Position numbers and translations under genes: made by a program
Assembly (NCBI GenBank): GCA_030704615.1
Contig: CM060734.1
Coordinates: forward strand, 56,296,001 to 56,360,000
DNA: 64,000 bases
From: Takakia lepidozioides
Taxonomy: Eukaryota; Plantae; Bryophyta
Direction: 5' to 3'
Shown here: piece after piece, positions 47,673 through 57,861 of the stretch
Position numbering within the stretch: the stretch's first letter is position 1
Layout of the letters: every line of letters starts with the position of its first letter
The notes under the pieces: model-generated
The model's input: the letters and a program-made list of their open reading frames with translations, nothing else
Database searches by the model: none
What the model was told of the DNA's origin: nothing

Positions 47673-50456
47673 GAAGTTGAATTTTTGGGCTACATTATTT
47701 CTGACAAAAGAGTCTAGTTAGCTTCAAGGTGAAGACTCTACATTCAATGTATCAGATTGGTGGAAAAGACATTTTTTCCACTTGGCTTATAGTCTTTTTT
47801 CCCTCAATTCATCAAGGACAAGGTGTACATGGCGACCATGTTCTTCCTCATTCTGTGAAAATATCAAAATGTCGTCCAAATATATGACTACAAAGTCATC
47901 GAAAAATTCTCGAAAGATGTCATTCATCATGTGTTGAAAAATTGCTGGAGCATTTGTAAGACCGAAAGGCATAACACTGTATTCGAAATATCCGTATCTT
48001 GTGCGAAAAAAAATCTTTCATTCGTCTCTTTCTTTTATTCGTACAAGGTTATAAGCTCATCTCAAATCGATCTTTGTGAAAAAATTTGCTCGTCCAAGTT
48101 GTTCCAGGAGTCCAGAAGTAGTGGGTACCTCTGGTAGTGGGTAACGATTTTTTATAGTGACTTTGTTGAGCCCACGATAGTCCACACACATACGTAACGA
48201 TCCGTCTTTCTTCTTCACAAATAAGGTAGGTGCTTCCGCGGGTGATTTCGAATATCGAATGAAATTCTTTAACAAATTTTCATCAATGTATTCGCGTAAA
48301 GCAGTCAGCTCCGTCTGAGATAAATTGTAGATCGGACCGAATGGTGGTTGAGCTCATTCTTGCAGCTCAATTGCACAATCATAAGGTCGATGTTCTGGCA
48401 ACATGTCTGCATTTTTTCTTCTCGAAGACATCATTGAAACCTTGATATTGAGTGGGTAATGTCGAAGTACCTTGGTCTGTTGTGGTTTTGATTGAAATCG
48501 CATAAAGTGCAAATGTCGCGTCTTTCTTCGTAGCTCTCATGAAGGCTCTCGCTCCAAGAAACAGAGGTTGAATACCTTTGGTACTTTTGCATTTTTGTCT
48601 TGCCGAAATTTTTCGTGATCGCCAGTCAATGTCAGGATTATGAAGTACAAACCAAGAACGCCCGAGTCCAAAAGTGTTTCTACGGAGATATCTCGATTTT
48701 GCATCTTGATCATTACTGGATTTGGGTCTAGATGTAGAAAAAAGATCTTTTTTTGGTGAGGAATTTGGGATGTCCAGCCGCATGGTCCCTACTGTGACTG
48801 AACATCTTCGTTTTCCGACCTCCTCGTATCGAACACTTGAGTTGTGCCCCGAGCTTTGAATCTTCTCTTGTTGGGGCAGTTTAATGTTATGTGATCATCT
48901 TCTCCGCAATAAAGGCATAATCCATTTGAGCGCTGTCTTTGTTTTTCTTGTGGCATCAATGGCTTGAATCGGATAGTATCAATCTGCATAGGATCATTAC
49001 CGGATGTCTGATGGATCGTTGTGTTTGGTGCCGTAGTAGCAGCGGCATGATGCATCGTCGACCATCCAGATTGCTTCTTTTGACGTCTTTTGAACAAACG
49101 ATTATCGCATGCAATGACTTAGATGATGAATTCGCTCAGTGTACTTACGTTTGGCATTGTCAGCAACAAATCTTTTATATCATCTTTTAGGCCACATCGA
49201 AACTGTCTAATGGGACTCTTCTCATTCCAGTCGAGGTCGCACACAAGTTGTCGAAATTCGGCAGCATAAACGGAAGCTGGACGTGCTCATTGTCAAAGAT
49301 TTCGCATCTTTGTCTCTGCAACTCTCTCTCTATCATTCTCTCCAAACGTTGCAGTGAACTCGGACATGAACGCTTCAAAATTGTATAGTAAATACGAATT
49401 TTTCTCTAATAGCGGTGCAAACCAAAATAAGGCAATGTCTGATAGAAGGGTGCCCACGAATCCCACTTGAATACCTTCATCAGGGTAGCGTTGTGGATGT
49501 AGTCGTAGGAACAATCGTACTTGTTGAACAAAACCGCGAAATCTTGATCTCGTCTCATCACATTTTTCGAGCATGCTGACTTTTGGTTCCCTTGTAATCT
49601 GTTGAAAATTTGGAGGAACCGTTGCAGTATGATTTGTTGTAGTAAGAACTCGTAAGGTTGAAAATATATTGTTCAACTCCTTCAACTCTGAAATTTATTG
49701 TTGCAAATTGTTGAGAGCGTTGCTAAGATCTTGAGACTAATCAACTTGTAGTTGGGCAGTAGAGGTACAAAGTTCTTGCATCTGGAGCTGAAGATTCTGC
49801 AATGTGGCGACCATTTCCACAAATGTGCCTTCCATCTTAACTAACTAAGGAACAAACTTTAGTCTCGCCAAACTGTCAAGGACAAAAACATGACTGATCA
49901 CAAACAAGAGATCAGACTAGAGGTACAAGACTAGACAAGAAGTCAAGGTCGGCATGGCCGTATGCACGATGAGTAAATAGGAATCAAGACGATATTTATA
50001 ATAATGAACAAGAGTACAAGATATTGGAACACGACTTGAATACTGGAATGCTGGAAACTGGATTGGAGTACCAGATACTGGAAACTAGGCTAAAGTATTG
50101 GGAACTAGACTGGAGTACTGGGAACTAGAAACAAGAGTAGTTTGAACTGGTGTTGGCGAGACTGAAGAGTGTCCAGTCTCGCCTCTTATATATACTCGCT
50201 ACTAGGAGGTTCCATAAGAGGCTTCCCCAAAAGAGGTTTCTTGATGGAGAAGTTTCCAAGGTTAAACAAAGGTTTCTTGATGGAGAAGCTTCCTTAAACA
50301 AATGAGGTATCTTGATGGAGAAGTTTCTTCCAAAGGAAGCTTCCTGAGCAGTTTCCCAAGTTACTCTTGATAATTTGGTAAACTTCCGGTAACATGGTAA
50401 CTTAGTAACTTCTGGTATTTACTCCTGGTAAGTTCCTCTGGGCTATGTCCATGACA
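47673..50456 (-). mobile_element. Truncated Ty3/gypsy (Tcn1/chromovirus-like) LTR retrotransposon: 5' LTR 49874-50456, gag, partial protease and RT, all frameshifted
   Basis: LTR TGTCA...TGACA. Gag FRGFVQQVRLFLRLHPQRYP and knuckle [50 protein letters not shown] and YLDDILIFS. Confidence 0.93.
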
Positions 50457-50707
50457 GCAGGGGCTTGATCGGCATGAGGTACAAGGCAGAACGCACAAGA
50501 TGCCTATCTAAGGAAGATCAACTTAGACTTTGACCCCTCCCTAATGTGCTTCCAGTTAATGTCAGCCGAGTCTAAGTCAGGGGAGGCCGAAGATGGGGCT
50601 CCCTCGGTGTTTCCAGAATTGAGGTATGGAATCTGCCCATGTACAGGAGTCCGTATCAACAGAGCAACAAATGATTCCTCCTCTTCCTCGGTGCCACTTG
50701 TGTAGAT

Positions 50708-53430
50708 ACTTACTACCACTGCAAATGGGCCAGCTACCCTTCAGTGGATAACACATGGCAAATAGAAGATGACCTATTTGGTTCCCATGATGATTGCGAT
50801 CCCGACCACAATCTCACTCTTCTCACCACCTTCTACAAACACACTAACATTGACTACCTAACCCACCAACAACACGCCACCCCCACTCAACCCACAGACA
50901 ACCGGTCGATACATACATAAACCAATCTTTGCCCCCAGTGTCCATATCTACATAACCGAATGCAACCCCGACAAAGACATCCAAATTGACCAAGCACTAA
51001 TCCACATGGGCCCTCGCCTTTCCAATATCTACGCTCCACATGGCCGTTTTACTGGGCTCATCCCCAATGATAGACTAGCATGGTTATGGGGAAAACACTC
51101 CGCTACAGACTCATATCCCCAAATCTTGCAACCCCCAAAACAAAATTTCGCCATAGAACTGCACTGGCTAGTAATCCGCTACCTCAAAGACACTCCCCCC
51201 CAAAAAACCACGCTCCATTACCAAACTGGAAGGGGCACACGCACACCATACGCTACCTCAGAACATCCTCGACTTACTTATAAATACATTTTCAGATCAC
51301 TCACTCATACTACTCCAGCCCACTCACATGCCCTATGGCATTGAACACATTTGCCAGCCCACACCAACGAGATTGCATCTTTGGCGCCACGGGCAGTGCT
51401 ACCCAGCACTCATGGGGAGGTTGTGGCATTGCCCCACCCCCCTCCGGGTCCCCTAGCCCACGAAGCTATCCAATGGTCAAGATTTTCCGCCCACTCATCC
51501 CCCCAAGCGTCCACAATACTCAAACTCACCCAACAAAATGCACCAGATGCCTCTCATCCTCTTCTACGTCTCCCAACAGGGATCAATTTACTAGCTACAA
51601 TTGAACCAAGCCAGCTTAAATATGTGCATACCCCACATTTTCCCAAATATCTTAGACAGAAAGAACCTATACTAACCTTGATTCTGCATGTACAACACTT
51701 CCTACATACCAACATAACGACATCATTTTTACATCAGTTAAAACAACTACTAACCGTAACACACAAAATGAAAGCTACAATCCATCGCCCTCCTACCTCA
51801 GACCACCACACACCTACCACATTTCCCAAAATTAAACCAAACAAAACCTGGGATAATGCGCTTCCTCGCCCCTCCCAGGACACCCCACCAATGTTCATAC
51901 CCCCTTATCCCCTCAATGTATCGACTAAACACTACCCTTAAGTATCCCCCGGCCAACTCACACTGTACAGATGGATCCCTCACCAAACCCAATGTAGGAT
52001 ATGGAATTTATCATGCTCCCCATATTACATCTTCACCGATAGTCTTACCTCTCTATACCTTATTCGAAACCACATCTCCAGCCCTCTTCCCATCACCACC
52101 ACCCAGACCACAATCTCGTCACCACCATCGTCAACAAGGCCACTTCTAAAAACCACCCAATACACCTACTCAAAGTTCGATCTCACACTGGCATTCATGG
52201 TAATGAGGAAGCAGACCAACTTGCTCGACTTGGCGCCTCCAAACCCAAAGTCGACCCCACAGACGACCCTATCCACATTGCCCATACACACCCCTTCTGT
52301 TTTATACACCCCATCCCGGACCCCCCCACACCTAAACCAATCCGTAACCTTCTGTCCACTCTTACTCGTGAGGCAAATAAACAATCTGCAACCTCCATCA
52401 GCCACAACAAAATACACATTAATAAATGGACTCAATTCAATATCCTGAACCATAAACTCTCAAATCACTTCTTGCTAACCAAAATTACTACTGAAGCACA
52501 AATTCGATAAACACTCAAATTCAGATACGCCCAATACATGGGGCACCAGCGCAAACATATCTTCTGGCCGCATCTATTCCCATCCCCATACTGCCCATTA
52601 TGCTCAGCTACTCATCAAGCACGTGACACTTGGCCACACCTTCTTAGCCAATGCACATATCCAGTTATACATGGCCTTTCATATCACACGTCACAACCAC
52701 ACAGTCTGGCACCTCCATAAGCTCTTTCTAAGCCGTGCCGAAACCTGGTGGTTCTCGTTCATTAACGCTGGCACCTACCAGGGTTGGCCGCTAGACCACA
52801 TAGTACCACCATGGCTACTACCATGCATATGTACCCAATCGTCATGCTCCTGCCCCGCTAGGCTCTGCCCGGACATACTCCTTGCACAGGGCCTACCCAT
52901 TAGCACCCTGTCTCCAGCCTCACCATCCCCACAAATCACTATTCACTTCATCGAATTTACATTTTGCCATGACCGATATCCCAACAACTTGATCCTAGAA
53001 AAACGACAAAAATATGCCTCGCTTATCCGTGGCTGGAAAACCGGCCCATTAACTGTCATCACCGCAGGTACGCGAGGCGGCATTCATAACGCCAATAATG
53101 ATATACACAACAACTTTAAAATCCTCATCCTCCCCATCCATAAGTGTTTCAAAGCAATCCACCTCACGGCGCTCCGCTCCCTCACAGCTATTATCACCAA
53201 CAAACGCCAACTAGAATCCGGCTCTTCGAACGCACCCTAAGTCACCCAGGGTAACCCCTGGGTACCCAAGGAAACCATCGACCCTTCTATTTCCTACGGA
53301 CACCTGGTGTCCCACAGGACACCCTTCTTTTTATAGGGCCCACCCCCAAAAGGGGGCAGTAGTCACAAAGCGAAGTGGCTCTTAGTTACGTCGGCATCGG
53401 CCGGAGTCTTCTTTCTTTCTTTCTTTCTCT
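50708..53430 (+). mobile_element. Decayed 3' half of a Dualen/RandI-like non-LTR retrotransposon (RNase H + CCHC + restriction-like endonuclease), (CTTT)n tail
   Basis: RNase H CTDGS (~51964) and HTGIHGNEEADQLA (~52185-52226). Zinc finger CPLC..DTWPHLLSQC. RLE motifs RHN..PDILL..IHFIEFTFC..EKRQKY. ORF stop at 53240, then a 3' UTR hairpin and (CTTT)n. Confidence 0.8.
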
Positions 53431-53499
53431 CTTCTCCTCTTCCCCATGATGTCGTGAAGGAGGCGAGAAGAGTTGTCTTTCGCTCGGGTTTCCTGTCTG

Positions 53500-55770
53500 C
53501 GTCTGCACATAATTTTTGCCAGGCCAGCTTAGCAACAATTGTAATGTCGTAGAAAATATAAGGATTTCTGTACATGAAGAAGAGGCATTGTTTAAAGTCC
53601 ATCGGTAGCGTGCCTTCCAGATTAGCCATAGTGTGGCAGAGCGAAGTGCTTCGAACACTGGACATGTTGAGATCTTGGTTATGGTGGTTTGATTGTAATT
53701 GAGCAGGAGGGCTATAGGCTCCTGGGGGATATGGCCCCACACCTGGTAGAATGTTAAAACTAGGGGACAAATGGATACATGCCCAACACAGAAGATGAGA
53801 CAGTGTTCTAGCGACTCAATTACATTGATCGAGCAACATCTGCAGAGAATAGCTTCTTGGAAATTCAGGAACTGTCCCACCTTTAGAAGGTCCCTCTTGG
53901 CTATCTGCCAAAGATTAAAGGCACTGAGCTTGGCTGGTTTCGATTTTCCCCAGATTAGAGCCCATATGCATTTCCAGTTTTCTTCCCTAAATTGGAATAG
54001 TCCCCATTTGTCATCCCATTTCTTCGTAAGAGGCTTAGCCTGAAGCAGAGCTTTATAGCCTTTCTTGACAATGTATGAGAAGAAGGAACAGATCTTGCCC
54101 CCGAATTCCCAGTGCCAGGTCTTGAACCGAATGACTGCCTACCCAGACAAAGGATCTTGTCCGCAGCCACTGGAGAATATGAGTCCTTCTTGGGAGGGAG
54201 GGATTAAAGTCTTTAAACTTAGAATTCGAGTGGCAGATCCGGGATGGCAGGGTATTTGTACTTTGGGATAGTGATGGTGTGGTTTGAGTGCAGCGAGAGG
54301 GTACCCGTGAATGGATGAGCCAGGAAAGCAAACCCAATGAGATTAGAGTGCAAGGCCTCCGTTATGAACATGACCTGAAAGTTGGGGTGATTAGGTGTGG
54401 GTACCCATTGGTAAGGGGACGGGGGGTTCGGACCCATTCTAAGAATACCTCTCCAAGTGTCCGGGATTGTAGAGGAAGAACTGAGTTAATCCCAGAGGAG
54501 AGCCTATGGGTGCTTACTAGGGCCTGCGATAGTAATTGAGGGGATCTGAACCAAAGATTAGAGACCTGTGAAAATCCTCGAACATCCCACCCTGCCCATC
54601 TTTTGGCTTGATTCCTCTCTGTGGCAGATGGGACGGGGCTGTTGAGGAAGAGGTGTTACTTGAGAACTTCATAGAATATGGCAGGCTCTCTTTTGTGTAG
54701 GAAGGGTCTGCATTTCCCCCAAGCTAACCAAATAGAATTCCACAGGGAAGAGCCAGGAGATTTGTGGCTAAAACCTTGTGCGATCCATCTAAGAGACGGA
54801 GACCAATGCATGGCATTGAGAGGTGAGCTGAGGGTAATAGTGCCAACCACCATAAGTTTCCACCAATCTCCTTCCGGACTCAAGAATCTGGGAAGCCATT
54901 TCCCAATTGGGCTTTGATTTGGGTTTCCGGATCTAAGACACCGAGGCCTCCCATTTTCTTAGGCATTGATCTACATCTAGGAAACCTGAGGTCTCATGTT
55001 GGAGTTTGAAAATTGAGCCCCCCATATGAAATTTCTAATACACCTTTTGATTTCCTGGATATGTTTGGAGTTAGGGCTCCAGGTTGAGGCGAAGTACCAA
55101 ATACCCGCCATAAGGATTTGGTTTGCCACTAAAGCTCTCTAAGTAATCGAGAGGAAACGAGAACCCCAGAATGTTAACTGACTCTTAAGTTTGGCTATAG
55201 TGGGGCCTAGACGTTGCTCTTCAGTTAGTTTTATCCCAAAGGAGTTGCCCAACAAGGTGGTGGGCTCCCTTCCTTGAGCCAGACTAACACGAAGCTGGCA
55301 CCCCATGTGGGGGAGAGTCCTAGCCCTGATTTGGATAAATCACCAACCAGAAGGGCTTTGGTTTTTGCCAAATTCACCCTGAAACCCGAGATACGACATG
55401 AGCTATCAAGTGTGCTCTAGGCAGCCTGCAGGGCTGCTGGCTCAACTTGAAGAAGGAGAAAGGTGTCGTCTAGAAACATAGAGTCTTTAACTTGAAGGCT
55501 GACATTGGCCCTGAAGTTATGCATCTGCAGGCCCCTCACCATAGGGTTGACATGCAACATGTATCCCAAGGTATGAGAAAGGGGAGATAGGGCAACCCTG
55601 TCTCACTGATCTCTGAAGGGCGAAGGGCTTTGACAGATGACCATTGATAATAACTCTGTTGGAGCTACTGCGAAGGAGGATGTTAACCCATTTGCAGAAA
55701 GAGGGGGATAAACCAGATTTCCGTAGAACTGCAAGAAGAAAGTCCCATGCCCTCACCACATTGTCCTTGA
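53500..55770 (-). mobile_element. Degraded L1-clade LINE ORF2 (partial RT to zinc finger)
   Basis: WDFLLAVLRKSGL..FCKWV..IINGHLSKPFALQRSVRQGCPISP, KKMGGLG, CRCC..ESLEHCLIFC and TLWLIWKAR, with many stops and frameshifts. Confidence 0.88.
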
Positions 55771-55791
55771 CCTTGTGTCGTGACCAATGGA

Positions 55792-56082
55792 GACCATCAA
55801 CCCACAATGACCTCTTGTGTGTGTTGCTTGTGTCTGTAGTCAGGTAATGTTAGATGGGTCTGTGAGAACCACCACGGTGCAGCTAAGCAGGCATAGATTG
55901 AAACACGGGCTCGTAAGACCAAGCTGACTCTCCCAAGAACCTTGCAGACATCGGGAAATATGGCTGATTTGATTGAAACACAGCCTCGTAAGACCAAGAT
56001 GACTCTCCCAAGAACCTTGTAAACATCAGGAAGAATACCAAATCATGGTATTAACAGGAGCCAAGAGCCAACATTTGCAGGG
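55792..56082. repeat. Direct duplicate of 56772-57522 (without the MITE), i.e. a copy of the first intron of the minus-strand PPR pseudogene
   Basis: GACCATCAACCCA..GACCTCTTGTGTG...AGAATACCAAATCATGGTA and GAGCCAAGAGCC.ACATTTGCAGG are shared. Confidence 0.85.
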
Positions 56083-57650
56083 ACGATGTCATCATGGACC
56101 TCCTTCCCCTTTTCCAGGGCTCCCACGCTTGCACACGCATTGCAAACACAAACGAACGTGATGTGGTTGGGCTTCACCCCTTCGCACATCATTTGCACAT
56201 AGGTCTCCAAAGCATTCGTACCACACCCATGCTTGGTAAATCCTGCCAACATTATATTTCACGTGATCAAAGATGGTTGAGGCATTCTGTTGAAAACTTG
56301 CTGAGCATCCATGAGTAGAAAAATATTTGGCGTGAATCCACTTTGGATAATGTGAGTGTGCACCTGCTTTCCAGTTTCAAGGCCTTTCATCTTGATGCAC
56401 TTATGCAAGAGATAGACATACGTATCTGAATGTGCTGAAATGCCTCCTTGGTTTAAAGTCTGTAGAGCCTATATCAGTCTGCCTGCCTCACAAAGCATCT
56501 TCACATGCCCAGAAGTGCCAGAAGAGGCATTGTGGACTCCCTCTCTTGATTCTCTTCCAGAAGTTGTGGTCATGTTGAGGTATCTGATTTTATCAACTGT
56601 GTCGCTGCAGCTGCTGCTGCCTCCTTTAGTTGACCATCTTCGCATGCGGGTTTCTTGTAGCTATGTATTGATCCACATGGAATCATACGTAATCTTGTGC
56701 TTGAAATCTGGCCCTCTTGGATGAATCTGGACCCACACTCTATTGTGGCATGACCCATGGAGGATTTGACCGACCATCAACCCAAAAGGACCTCTTGTGT
56801 GCTGCTTATGTCTGTAGTAATGTCAGATTGGTCTGTGAGAACCACCACGGTGCAGCTGAACGGGCAGAGATTGAAACACGGCCTGCTAAGATCAAGCTGA
56901 CTCTCCCAAGAACCTTGTGAACATCATGAAGAATACCAAATCATGGTACTAAGGTAGAAACACCCAAATATGAGCGGGTCTCAAAATGGACCTTTTTTTT
57001 TGGATAAAGTGGTTGCGCCTGCCCTTAAATGGCGACCTTACTGCCAACGGGCTGAATTAGGTTCCTTCACGGGCATTGTGGCCCCATGGTGCTTTGTTAG
57101 ATGAACAAAAACGTACTGAATATTGTAACTAGCGTATTTGCCAAAATGGAGGCCTTTTATAAGATACCTTTTGCTCTTGTGGGCCGAGCTGGTGGGTGAG
57201 TTATTGGGCCATTTCAAGTGCACATCTCGTGCATATCAGGTCACATGTAGGCTTCATATTAGATAATATTTCAGTGAGTTATGGTACCCTCTATAGCTCA
57301 GGCATAGCATTTTTGTGCCCTGTCACTTTGATAATATATATCAATTAGCCACTTCGTCCAAAATTCATGCAATTCAAACCACAAGCTGTTTGTTCAATTG
57401 CTCATCCAGTCATATAAATTTTCCCCTTACTGCACCAATTGTATGGGCATATCTGCTTAAGCGCTCACATTTGGGTGTAACTACCTTAACATGAGCCAAG
57501 AGAGCCAAGAGCCCACATTTGCAGGATGGACAAACTTCTTCACATCGTACATTAAGAAAAGCCACACCTTGCGATTGCGGTTGTCCCACCATCGTGCCTC
57601 CGCTCTCAAGCAAGCGGGGCCATCATCCTCCCGTCGTCCTCCCTTCCCCG
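56083..57650 (-). pseudogene. Truncated PLS-class PPR pseudogene with an N-terminal OSB-type PDF motif
   Basis: Exon ...RWWDNRNRK|gt (ends 57568), then exon from 56726 IHPRGPDFKHKITYDSMWIN*. PPR motifs include GKQVHTHII and MLAGFTKHGCGTNALETYVQMMCEGVKPNHITFVCV. The 5' limit is approximate. Confidence 0.8.
56952..57486. mobile_element. 535-bp MITE with TA target-site duplication (Tc1/mariner-Stowaway-like)
   Basis: TIRs AGGTAGAAACACCCAAATATGAGCG and CGCTCACATTTGGGTGTAACTACCT, TA on both sides, and a paralogous empty site CATGGTATTAACAGGAGCC at about 56045-56063. Confidence 0.9.
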
Positions 57651-57861
57651 CTCGCATCTCTCCCGGGACCCTATTCCCTGCTCTACGCTGAACTAGCTTC
57701 CGACCTTCGGTCGTCGCTAGAATTAATCGTCTGGAACGCAAGCGATCCTCAGAAAGACCGAGGTCGACGAGGGACTGCTAAAGATGTATGTTTGAAGCGC
57801 TTGGACTCCTCAATCGAGGGTAAGGCTATCAGAAGCTGGCGAAGTTTTAAATTTCCTGCAG

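Noticed and set aside
50783-50792. 5' TSD of the Dualen-like element (CCCATGATG, also at about 53443)
   Set aside because: It lies inside an open frame that continues upstream into the chromodomain-like motif, so it is probably coincidental.
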